DNA of 63,058 nucleotides, counting the filler, from Lenisia limosa (Eukaryota; Protista; Breviatea), in assembly GCA_001655205.1 (NCBI GenBank). It is 10 parts of 10 records of this genome, joined end to end, with 100 filler letters (N's around TTAATTAATTAA, not from the genome) between each part and the next. Parts side by side here need not be neighbours in the genome. Positions count along the whole stretch, not along the records: positions 1 to 19,351 come from LPNZ01008721.1; positions 19,452 to 21,207 come from LPNZ01000021.1; positions 21,308 to 29,382 come from LPNZ01008528.1; 7 more parts are not named here. The stretch is one strand, 5' to 3'. Both the position numbers and the translations under genes were made by a program. Below the pieces are notes generated by a model. That model was not told the DNA's origin and did not search any database. It saw only the letters and a list, made by a program, of their open reading frames with translations. This document shows, piece by piece, positions 15,101 to 25,364 of the stretch. Numbering within the stretch: position 1 is the stretch's first letter; each line of letters begins with the position of its first letter.

Positions 15101-17077
15101 CGCCTTAGAAGATGTCACTGTCAACTCATTGCAGTTTGTTGGACAAACATACAGCTTCACTGAAAACAATCGCACTATCTCAGCAGTCAGGGCTAGTGGT
15201 ACTGATGGACTTGATTCTGTCATTATCACTGACTTGGTTTCCGTGTCAGCTCGCTCTACTTTGGGAGTTGACTTTGATCTCCATACTATTGTCTTGCCCC
15301 AACCCCTCTCCACCCTTGGCCTCAGCGTTACCCCCTCTGTTGCTTCTCGAGCTCTTGAAGTCGGTTCCGTCGACATTTCTAGCGTTAATACTGCTTCTGC
15401 CAAGATTTCTGCTTCCATTTCCGTTAGTTTTGCCCCTGTCGACTTTGCTGTTGAAGGCTGTGACTACTGTACTCCCACTTGTGTTATGCTATCCGCCTCT
15501 GGATGGACCACTTCGGGAGTCACAACTGACGGCTGGACTTGTTCAGTATCTTCTTTTGAAGCTGTTCGCGTGTCGATGTATAGTCTTAGCTGCAGTGATG
15601 GAACGCTCTCGTGCTCAAAGCCTTGTGGCAACGGTGCGCTTGATCTTTTCGAGGAATGTGATGTTGGTAATATGGAAAGCGCCATGTGTGTTGACTGTAA
15701 GGTCCAGCCTGGGTATAAGTGCAGCTCACCCTCGGGCACCCCTTCTGTCTGTCAAGTCGATCCCAAAACCGCCTGTTTAGCTGCGACCCTACCCTCTGGT
15801 TTTAAACAATGCCTCGAATGCCAATCTTCCACTCCTACTCTCTGTGCATCGTGTTCTACCGGTTATGTCCCCTTCGGTGCTGGCTGCATGGCGTTGGCCG
15901 TGTCAACTATTCCCATCGACGTTGTTTCCGGTACCCCCAACATCACCCTTATTCCCGCCACTGAAAACATGATGTCTCTTCAGCTCGATGTTCCTGCCGG
16001 GTTGGGTTCATTGATTAACGACCTCCAGTTTGCTGTTGAAGAAACCGCTTCGGCCTACTCTCTGACCGGCATGATGGTCACCCCCTTCCTTCAGTTCTCC
16101 CTTGACCCCCGTCAGAATGAAACTCCTCTCGGCTCCGTTGCGCTTGCGGCACCTCTTGTGTTCCAGACCACTTTGAATGAGGCCATGACCGATGCTGGTG
16201 CCCCAAGCCTCCTTCTAATCGCTGACGGCAAAGCAACCTACGCCAAAAACACCTGTCCTGATCCATTTGAAGTTGTCATTGATAAGGTCCTTATCACACA
16301 CGTCTGCCACTTGTCTACGTTTGCTGTTGTGTCCATCAAGGAACTCCCGGAGGAAATCTCAGAGTCTTTATCTGAGGTTTTCATTGAATCTACAGAGTCT
16401 GATGATTCCGAAAGCTCCGCTCTTCTCTTTGTGGCGATTGGCTTAGTCGTTGTTGGAGGAGGAGGAGCGGGTGCCCTTGTCGTACTCCATAAAACTGATC
16501 AACCAACCTCTGTTGACCATAAGGTATTGTCTGGGCTTCTTTGCATCTTGGATTGTGCTATTTATCATACTTTCTTCATTTTTGCTTATCTTGACAATTT
16601 TCGTTATCTCTCTAGAATTTAGCTGCTGAAGTAGCTGAACCGACTCTCAAGGATACTACCACCATTGAAACAGTACCATCCACCGAGGTTCCTGGGATTA
16701 TATCATTTTTGCGGCTTACTTCGAAATGAATACATATTTGGGGGGATTTGTATTGTGTTGTTAAACTGACGTTTTCAGACATTGGCAACAGCGACTCTGG
16801 ATTCTACAACCACTAATGATGTCGAATTGAAGGAAGTTGCTTCCACTGCCTCCCTGGTATGTCTATTGGCACTAGGGTTACTACCCAAAAAGACCGAATC
16901 TCTCGATAAATCCTCGATAAATATCGATGTTTAAACGGTCTTCTTCTGACCGTAGGAAAGCCCTAATTAGCACATTGGACCATGTGTTACTTTTATCATT
17001 TCTCATTGTTTTAGAACACTGAAGACTCATCAGAGGCCCCCACCCCTCCTTCCATTAATAGTCCTAACTATGCTTAG
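107..17077 (+). CDS. Giant multi-exon single-pass adhesion/polycystin-like receptor (cadherin-like, REJ, GAIN/GPS, PSI, EGF, FN3, Cys-rich); 5' end likely upstream of window; roughly 3000+ aa
   Basis: Exons chain in phase with GT..AG, e.g. 204-307, 766-903, 1185-1244, 1381-1516, 1683-1826, 2117-2268, 2423-2461, 2494-2601, 3658-3741 and on to 10480, then 10536-16523, 16616-16687, 16779-16856 and 17015-17077 (ends SPNYA*). REJ-like LTMDASAS..LSYTWTC; GPS motif CHLSTFAV at 16305-16328; hydrophobic TM 16419-16487. A few exons at 3.8-5.5 kb are uncertain. Confidence 0.85.
1984..2074. mobile_element. hAT-type MITE (family A) in an intron of the giant gene
   Basis: TIR AGCTTCACTTTCGG..CCGAAAGTGAAGCT with the family core AAAAGAC..TATCGAG..GTCTTTT. 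Confidence 0.8.
2886..2973. mobile_element. hAT-type MITE (family A)
   Basis: TIRs; flanks gccataat/gtcataat (7/8 TSD). Confidence 0.85.
9421..10171 (+). CDS. PSI-like and EGF-like Cys-rich exons of the giant receptor
   Basis: DCGTCTEGLCSFNTVTGKC, NCYSCLQVDGCRY, CASCFLNEECVFD (PSI-like CxxC..C) and CGVGQCNPLGGCICPDGYSGVDEC (EGF). Confidence 0.75.
10186..10266. mobile_element. Tc1/mariner-type MITE (family B); other copies at 19303-19351, 21942-22017, 25855-25932, 28854-28918, 37417-37478 and 60049-60108
   Basis: CAGTGACC..GATAAGTC(C/T)TGAC TIR ending CACTG; TA flanks seen at 10267, 19301, 22018, 25853 and 28852. Confidence 0.75.
10536..16523 (+). CDS. Single ~6-kb exon of the giant receptor: FN3 repeats (~10.7-11.8 kb), cadherin-like domain, REJ (~13.2-14.7 kb), GAIN-like region, Cys-rich repeats, GPS and TM
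   Basis: Open frame (ORF track 10587-16622). Acceptor ctgacgtaatag at 10535 is in phase with the preceding exon; donor AAG|gtattg at 16524. Confidence 0.9.
16873..16965. mobile_element. hAT-type MITE (family A, CCCTACGG-end variant) in the last intron of the giant gene
   Basis: TAGGG..CCCTA termini; flanks attggcac/attagcac (7/8). Confidence 0.85.
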
Positions 17078-18380
17078 TTGTGATAGTTTGTCTTTTTTTT
17101 GCTTGTCCCTCTGGTGTTGACTCTTTAGGAAGGTAATTTGATTGAATCCATAATGTGATGGGTTGTACTCTAACTGTTTTGCTGTATTTTTTGATATAAC
17201 ATTCTATGATCTGACAATTTGGAAATCAACAAGAAAATACCCCCAATATAGTCAGTGTTTTAATAGCGGTTTCATATAGTAATAGGAGAATAGAGAATAG
17301 TACTGGACTTGATTCGACCGTTAGAGCAAACCTTACCTCGTAAGAACTGTTGTCTTTCGAAGAACGGCAGAGTATTTTTTTTGGGTACATTCCGTTTTTT
17401 CTCACGCCCACCTCATAACCCCCCCCCCCCNNNNNNNNNNNNNNNNNNNNNNNNNNNNNNNNNNNNNNNNNNNNNNNNNNNNNNNNNNNNNNNNNNNNNN
17501 NNNNNNNTGCAAACAGAAAGTTGTTGAAAGCAGACAAGAAGAAATATAAAAGAAGACAAGGAATTGAAAGAATGGAGAGAATTAAGGAAGGAAAGGAACG
17601 CCAAGAAGAAAAAAAGGGAAGGTGGACGAAGCCAAGCCAAGATGAAGAAAAAAAGGAAGAAGGAGCTAGAAGAAGAGTATAATGTTGGCAGAGAGAGAAG
17701 GAAAGAAGCTGATCCAAAAAACGCATGGGAAACATTCGGGTCTCCAGGAATGTAGGAAGAGAGAAAGAAAAGATGAACTACTCAAACGAGATGGAGTATA
17801 AAGGAAGAAAGGCAAGCCCTCAATCAACCTTCACCTCTATAATAAGAGACTATATATGGAATGGTCTTTCATATACCTTGAGCATTTATCCAAAAAAAAT
17901 AACATGTTTGAATGTACACAAAAAAAGAATCCACTTGTCATATCCGTGATTTTGAATAGTGGAGCTTGGGCTGAATGTTGTAAGGAGTAAGGTGGTGGGG
18001 GGTCGAGGTCCAGATTTTGCCTCTCCTCAAAGTAATATTATTATTGCTATATCAGAGGGAGAGCAGCTATAAGAGTACTCAGCGAAGCCACCCTGGCATG
18101 GAGCCGGAATTGATACATTAGAAAACTAAACAAAGAAGAAAGACAAAACACTCTAAATAGATACCATATTTGACCCGTACACTCATACGATATTGGCAAT
18201 TGGGGAGGGCGGCGGGGATGGAGAGGCTTTGCGGTTGGGGGCTTTGAAGGTGTTTTTCTAAATTGTGAGAACTTGTAATAATAAAAACGAAGGGGGGGGG
18301 GGGGGTTTNNNNNNNNNNNNNNNNNNNNNNNNNNNNNNNNNNNNNNNNNNNNNNNNNNNNNNNNNNNNNNNNNNNNNNAA

Positions 18381-18493
18381 TGAGACTGAATTTCTCGATA
18401 AATCCTCGAAAACTATCAATACGGTCCGAAAAAGACTCGAAATTTATCGAGGATTTATCGAGATATTCGGCCTTTTTTTGGGACCGTAGGGAA
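18381..18493. mobile_element. Truncated or compound family A MITE next to a gap
   Basis: Two cores in opposite orientation and a GGACCGTAGGGAA end. Confidence 0.7.
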
Positions 18494-19351
18494 CGAACAC
18501 CTGCTTACAGTGGAGTCGAACACTGGCGGCGGGATTGGGAGTTGCACCTTGGCTTGGGCATTGAGGGAGAGAACTCGACAGAGAGCGTTACCTGCATTTG
18601 GTTAGTTGGAGGTGGGAAATACTGCTAGAGACAAAAGAGAGAAGCAACTCCCTCAGCTAAAACAAAATATGAATAGTTTTGAACAGCTCCAACCACTTGG
18701 AGGAGTTTACAGCTCAAGGTGTGATCACTACTTGCGATCTTGTTTCACTATTGCCTCAACTGACTTTCAAGATGCTTTATGGACAGTGAGAAGGGAGGGT
18801 AGTAAGAAGGGTAGAGTAAGGCCAGAGCCAGCCTTAAGAATTGGTTTGGGGTGAGAAATACTGTTTTTGAATCGGGACAAAAGAAAGAACTTGATAGTAC
18901 AACGTATGCAGCAGGCAATAATAATAAGGGAAGGAAGAGAAAATCAGTAGAAGAAGGATACGAAGAGGTCCCGCAAGTTATAGCCCACCCATACCCCCCA
19001 CAAAAAACAACACAAAATAAAAGAAATTAGATTTTTTCTCCCACCATCATCNNNNNNNNNNNNNNNNNNNNNNNNNNNNNNNNNNNNNNNNNNNNNNNNN
19101 NNNNNNNNNNNNNNNNNNNNNNNNNNNNNNNNNNNNNNNNNNNNNNNNNNNNNNNNNNNNNNNNNNNNNNNNNGTTCGACGACTTTGCCAAGAAAAGGTG
19201 TTAAAGGAGGCTAATTGAACTGATTTTGGGGGATTTATGAAGAGAAGTAGTCGAATTTTGGTGTCAAAATGGCCCTCAGCGGCCAAGAACCCCCATCACA
19301 TACAGTGACCGGGATAAGTCTTGACGGGATATCGCCAATCGGTCAAGAATA

Positions 19352-19451
19352 NNNNNNNNNNNNNNNNNNNNNNNNNNNNNNNNNNNNNNNNNNNNTTAAT
19401 TAATTAANNNNNNNNNNNNNNNNNNNNNNNNNNNNNNNNNNNNNNNNNNNN
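19352..19451. other. Artificial scaffold spacer N44-TTAATTAATTAA-N44; also at 21208-21307, 29383-29482, 35960-36059, 40640-40739, 43117-43216, 48139-48238, 53265-53364 and 59708-59807
   Basis: Nine copies, each exactly 100 bp, with a core that has stops in all six frames. Genes are truncated at these points. Confidence 0.97.
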
Positions 19452-19620
19452 TTGATGCAGGTGAATAGGTTCAAAGATTGTTCTTGCGTATTTCGATTCT
19501 GTGAACGTGACAAATCTGGTTATATCAAGACAATATTTCTATTCCTTGTGTGAGACTTTAGATTTGAATCACACACAACCATCATTAAATTAGCTTAGAA
19601 ACTTAGAACACATAAATACA

Positions 19621-21042
19621 CTATATCTTGGCGAGAGCCTCCAGGGCGCTGTCTTGCTCGAGCTGCGCCCGCGCCACTCTTTTGAGCCCGTAGGAAAGGA
19701 AGTCGAAGTCAATGGCAGAATAGGCGGCCTGGGGTGTGAGGATTTTTTTCAATAGGCTATTCATTCCTCCCTTTTACACTATTTATTCAAAAAAAAAAAC
19801 GAGAATCGTTAGCGGGATGAGAACTCCCGCCCACCTGCACCAAGGCCCAAGTTCCCCAGTAGTAGTGCGACACAAGCATCCATCCCTGAATCATGTAGCG
19901 CCAACGATCCAGACGGTATGAGCTTGGCTCGGATCCTGGAGGGGGTAAGGCAAATTAGGTGAATATTGGGAGTGAGAAGGTCATTTTCATGAAGGCTTGC
20001 GTGGAATCAATCACCTGAATAATGCAGGGATTAGCGCATCTAAGCGTGAACCACATGTGCCCCAAGCCTACCGTCCCTTTCCTTGAGGTATGCCGTGAGA
20101 AAGTTGTTTTGGGACTCCTCAGAGGGCAGCCGTGACCAGTCCAGATCCTGCAGAAATAAGACGAAGGTTCTTGTGGAATAAATATGCAATAGGAAAACCT
20201 GACTCATTCACCCTCCCTCCCTTCCTACGTTAGCGTATTCACAGAAGTGGTTTGCAATGTCGTAAGCAAGGGGGTTCTTTGTCGCATACTCATAGTCGAT
20301 AAACGTCACGTCCTCTGTGCCGTCAATGAATGTGTGAAGAAGATGATGAATGATGCGTGAAGAAGATGATGTAATGATGGGTGAAGAAATGTAATGATGC
20401 TTGAAGATGATGAGTAATAAGCCTTAAGTGTGTTAAGAAACAGTTGGTATCAATTACCTCATTTAGTAGTCTTTTTGAGACAGCTCAAAACGGCAGCAAA
20501 ATGAAGTCCCCCCAACTAGTAGTTTTGTCAAAGATAAGGTTTCCGTTCAACAGGTCCATATGGCAAAAGCCGCAGAGGTCGGCAGTGAAGCCTTCACTGC
20601 GCTCGGCCTTCTCAAACTTGTCCATTGCTGGGGTCAGGACGGACTCAAGGTAGGCAACCTAGAGGGTGAATAGAGCTGACGGAACTGCTGTGAAAATAAT
20701 GATATAATGCTTCATAAAATACATGACTGTTGAAGCCCCCCCCCCCCGAACCTCGTGAAGGAGATCTCTGATCGAGGTTTGGGCCTCCAATAAGTTCTGC
20801 TTATCGCTGTTGTCATACTTTGTCGGAACTGAAAGCATATCAGAATAAAAAAAAGGAGGGGGGGGGGGCTTCGTGATTTCAAATGAAGAGGTTCGGAAAA
20901 GTGCTGGTCTGCTCACTTGAAAGAATCCAATTGTTGAGAAGAGTATGGAAAACGTTGACCCTGTTCGGTCCTGGCATTTTGAGGTTATGCCAGCGGCCAA
21001 GGGTGGTGGCAATGTTGGCTTGCATTGTTGGCTCATCTAACT
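19621..21042 (-). CDS. Ethanolamine/choline kinase family protein, 5'-truncated by scaffold end
   Basis: Exons 20917-21042, 20752-20828, 20517-20658, 20229-20314, 20072-20147, 19835-19935 and 19621-19728 splice in phase. Motifs [40 protein letters not shown] and [11 protein letters not shown]; stop TAG. Confidence 0.9.
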
Positions 21043-21453
21043 CTGAAAAAGTTCACTTGGCTCAGATTACAAGAACGAAATACTACTGCCAAACATCATC
21101 ATTTTGACCCCTCCCCCTATGATTTTACACCATCTCCGTAAACACATTCACCAAAGGCCTTGGTCCTCCTCCCTCTCAGGGTCTAGTTACTAGTTATCAA
21201 CTCTACANNNNNNNNNNNNNNNNNNNNNNNNNNNNNNNNNNNNNNNNNNNNTTAATTAATTAANNNNNNNNNNNNNNNNNNNNNNNNNNNNNNNNNNNNN
21301 NNNNNNNGGTAAAGTGTTCATGTAAAGTGTTCATGCACTGTTGGGGATGATTCAGCTTTCGTCTCATTTTTCCTCAGCTCATATGAGTGTACGTCCTTCT
21401 CCATTTTGTTGACTTAAAAGGGTATTACCCTGCTATGTACTTAACATTTCCAG

Positions 21454-21808
21454 GGAATTTACCCCCTGACTGCCAATGGTCGTGCTGATGAGACTCATTA
21501 CACTGAGTAGGGGGGGGGGGGGGNNNNNNNNNNNNNNNNNNNNNNNNNNNNNNNNNNNNNNNNNNNNNNNNNNNNNNNNNNNNNNNNNNNNNNNNNNNNN
21601 NNNNNNNNNNNNNNNNNNNNNNNNNNNNNNNNNNNNNNNNNNNNNNNNNNNNNNNNNNNNNNNNNNNNNNNNNNNNNNNNNNNNNNNNNNNNNNNNNNNN
21701 NNNNNNNNNNNNNNNNNNNNAAGCCAAATTCCGGAGTATACCGGCTCTTCTGAGTATTCCGATACTGAATCCGTGGAGGGTACTACGGTGTGGGGGGTCA
21801 AAAAATGA
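21454..21808 (+). CDS. 3' exons of an unknown gene (GIYPLTANGRADETHYTE ... SQIPEYTGSSEYSDTESVEGTTVWGVKK*)
   Basis: tttccag acceptor and gtaggg donor, host-like codon usage, interrupted by a gap; no recognisable domain. Confidence 0.35.
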
Positions 21809-22280
21809 TAAATCGTCTTCTCTTCAATAATATACATGTTTATTATTATTATTATTATTATTATATTCGATACATTATATAGTTGTATATTATATGTACA
21901 TATAATATGGCTAATAGTATTTATATATCGATATATGATCACAGACAGCGATGATAAGTCCTGACACGGATATTGAGCTTTATCTTTAAATCGTGTCAGG
22001 ACTTATCGCGGTCACTGTATGATATATCATGTGTAACCGGAATACACCTCATTATATCTCTCATCTCTCTATATGATAGCCCTTTTTCTGACCCCCTTCT
22101 TAGGCCTCTCATATGCCGAATTACATGAACATCTACTACATCATGCGAGTGATTTAAGTTGCTGCGTGGGTTCGACTTCGTTTCTTCTTTAGTTTGTTTT
22201 TTGTTTTGCTATTTAGCATGTAGTCCTGTTCTTTCCATCGCTCTTCACCTCTTCATCCCAATTCGCCTCCCTTTACCTCA

Positions 22281-25200
22281 TCATTTCCCCTCGCTATTCC
22301 TTGCCCAAATCTTCACCAACTGGCCATAGAGTAAGTCGCAAAATGAAAAGTCCTTAGTACCTCCTTAATATTTTCATAAGCCTCAATTGTAATTTTCGGA
22401 TTTTCAGATATTAATTTGCAAAAATTAATTTCATAATTTCAGAAAAATGTGTGATTTTGCAATTAATATTAACTTCTATTGTGCAGAGTCCTAAATACAC
22501 TACTCTTCCTCTTCCTTGAGTTTTTTTTTGTTTTGTTTCTTGAAACTGATAAAGATCCTTGATAGTCATATAATAATAGTCCACCTCACCCCAAAAAATT
22601 GATAATTTCCATAGAATTCCATAACAACAGGGTATACCAGACAAAGAAAAACAATTGACCAAAACATGCTANNNNNNNNNNNNNNNNNNNNNNNNNNNNN
22701 NNNNNNNNNNNNNNNNNNNNNNNNNNNNNNNNNNNNNNNNNNNNNAAGGTCACCATCACACACCCTAGAAGGTTATTATCCTAGTTGTGAGGCAAATGAT
22801 TGGGTCAATAAATAATATATTATGAAATATTACACATGTGATATAGTAATATATCGACATTTAAGCGAAATGAATAAAGAAAAGAAAAAAAACACCCATT
22901 GGGGTAATAGTTGTGGTGGGGAGGGGGGTGCAAAGGAAAATTTATGAAACAAAAAAGCCCGAATCAACTCTTTTGGCAAGAAACATAAGAGGGCTAAAAA
23001 CACAAAACAAACAAAGCCCGGGCTTCTGTGCACACAGCTTTCTGCATGGCTCCCCAGAATAGCAATAGAACATAATTAATATTACAACCAACCTGAAATA
23101 ACGCCAGCCACTGCCCCTACAAAGACCTGGTCCAGAGAGTGGTACCCTAGATAAAATCTGAAATGTTAGGAAAATATGAGATAAAAAACGTGGGGTCGGC
23201 TGTGAATAAAGATTGTATATGATGGGGGGGGGGGGGNNNNNNNNNNNNNNNNNNNNNNNNNNNNNNNNNNNNNNNNNNNNNNNNNNNNNNNNNNNNNNNN
23301 NNNNNNNNNNNNNNNNNNNNNNNNNNNNNNNNNNNNNNNNNNNNNNNNNNNNNNNNNNNNNNNNNNNACAACAAAACAAACAAAGCCCAGACCAGTAGCC
23401 TCTGCAGCACCGCATTCCATCGTCGAGCCAAAAAAACAATATGCATGTCATATACATAGCATATATAGTACATATCCAGAGATGAGAAATAGAAAACAAG
23501 GTTGCATCTGGCCGAAGCCGTCCACATCATCACGCTTCCAAGAGATATTGAATTAGAGTATAATAGCAATTCACCCAATCAATTGCCTGAGAGATGAGAA
23601 ATAAAACAAGTTTCTGGCCGAAGCCATCCGCATCATCATGCCTATAAGAGGTTCTCACCCCCCCCCCTCTCCACAGACCTGGNNNNNNNNNNNNNNNNNN
23701 NNNNNNNNNNNNNNNNNNNNNNNNNNNNNNNNNNNNNNNNNNNNNNNNNNNNNNNNNNNNNNNNNNNNNNNNNNNNNNNNNNNNNNNNNNNNNNNNNNNN
23801 NNNNNNNNNNNNNNNNNNNNNNNNNNNNNNNNNNNNNNNNNNCGCTGGCTAGCAACACACAAGGGTTGTAACAACAAAACAAATAAAGCCCAGGCCAGTA
23901 CCGCATTCCATCACTAAAACGAGGAAATTTCAATGAAGAATACTGATGATATCATCTATTACAAAAGAAGGTTTTATCTGGCTGACGCCGTCAACACCAT
24001 CGCGCTTATAAGATACTATATGATATTGGATTATAGTATTAATTCACTGCGTGACATTTGCCGAAGTGAAACCCAACATACATATATACATATAGTATTA
24101 TATGATATCCTATCCTATCACTTTATGGGTCATTTTCTTTTCATGCGTGTGAAAATGATCCAAAAGTAATAATTATGATACTCGTATGACAATTGACCGA
24201 TAAGTAGGACTTCACTTCGGTAACAAAAAGACGGGGGAAATATCAAAATACTATATCGAGGATTTATCGAGAAATTCAGTCTTTTTTTTGAACCGAAGTG
24301 AAGCCCTACAAACAAGTCTCAATGATCCTCTGATACACTCGCCTGTTATCCTCTTTCATCATTTCGACTCAAAAGTCGGTCTTATGATTATATCACNNNN
24401 NNNNNNNNNNNNNNNNNNNNNNNNNNNNNNNNNNNNNNNNNNNNNNNNNNNNNNNNNNNNNNNNNNNNNNNNNNNNNNNNNNNNNNNNNGCATGAAGAAG
24501 ATAGTAAAGAAGAAGAACATGAATTGTGTATGTGAAGAGGGCATGCCGTTGTCGGACTGGTTTGCTCCTAACGGGAGAGGCGATTAAAAATTGAAAATTT
24601 ATGAAAATTAAAAAAACACCTGAAGCAGAACGCAAAACACACATAATAATGAACCGGGAGCACCCTTAAGCTGCTATATAGGAGCACGTTTCAAAAGAGG
24701 GGGAGGAGCTTACCATGCGGCCGCGGCTGATTGACTATTTTCTTCAGGCCCTGCGTCAAGTTAGCTCTTGGGTGCAAAAAAAACAAAAACAAGGGAATAC
24801 ATCACGTTATCACCCAAAAAAGCGGAATTTAGGTATTTTATTTCATTTAATTACAAACATGACATGCCCCCCACCCCCCCCTCGCAGCAGACCAGGTTAA
24901 GTAGTTCATTTGTGAGCTGAAGCACCAGGAATGCTGCTGACTGTCGACACCTCTGTGTGTACACCAGCGTTGCCATTGCTGGGAAGAGATAAGAGATACG
25001 AGATCAGTGATAAGAGATAAGAGGTGTATTGGGAAATAAACTGGACCAGAGTTGTGGAGGCTGAAGTTATATTACTTGAAAGAAAAAGAGACAAGGAGAT
25101 AGAAAAGAGAAAAGACAGGAAAGCGGTCAATTGGAGGGACAGACGGGTTGTGAAGGCTGAAAGTGATATTGAATTGAATTATGAAGGCAAGGTATATATT

Positions 25201-25364
25201 ATGTCAATAGAGATACTTCAGAGAAGAGATAAAGAGATGAGACCCTCACCCGAAATGGTAAATATCGGTGCGAGGGCGGCGTAGGCAAGGAGATGCCCCA
25301 GGTAGTCCCCTTCCTCAAAGAAAACGCACGTCAGCGACGTGAACGCGAGACTTGACGACACCAT
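22281..25364 (-). CDS. DOLPP1: Dolichyl-diphosphatase (PAP2 family, DOLPP1/CAX4-like)
   Basis: Exons 25250-25364 (MVSSSLAFTSLTCVFFEEGDYLGHLLAYAALAP), 24893-24978 (QLTNELLNL), 24714-24750 (LKKIVNQPRP, K-x6-RP), 24490-24567 (GMPSSHTQFM) and 23093-23146 (GYHSLDQV), plus terminal exons. One exon probably lies in a gap. Confidence 0.85.
23368..23650 (+). repeat. Composite TIR-less interspersed repeat (modules E, D, X); fragments at 636-762(-), 3166-3212(-), 22915-23070, 23842-24048, 25385-25663, 28470-28617(-), 33668-33712, 36060-36150, 38117-38172, 40548-40639, 41337-41375(-), 43045-43116, 45745-45786(-), 48690-48785, 50590-50676(-) and 50720-50795
   Basis: Recurring motifs GCC..CCAGTNGCCTCTGCAGCACCGCAT, GAGATGAGAAATAAAAC..TCTGGCCGAAGCCGTCCAC and CACACAGCTTTCTGC. 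Confidence 0.75.
24205..24308. mobile_element. hAT-type MITE (family A) nested in another repeat within a DOLPP1 intron
   Basis: TAGGACTTCACTTCGG..CCGAAGTGAAGCCCTA; flanks match 5/8. Confidence 0.85.

Noticed and set aside
10541-16266. Many antisense and off-frame ORFs over the 6-kb exon
   Set aside because: Expected shadows of a long Ser/Thr/Val-rich coding frame; no independent motifs.
20330-20420. (GAT/GAA)n, (ATT)n and (TA)n tracts (also 21840, 28045, 28410, 47950)
   Set aside because: Ordinary intronic or intergenic microsatellites.
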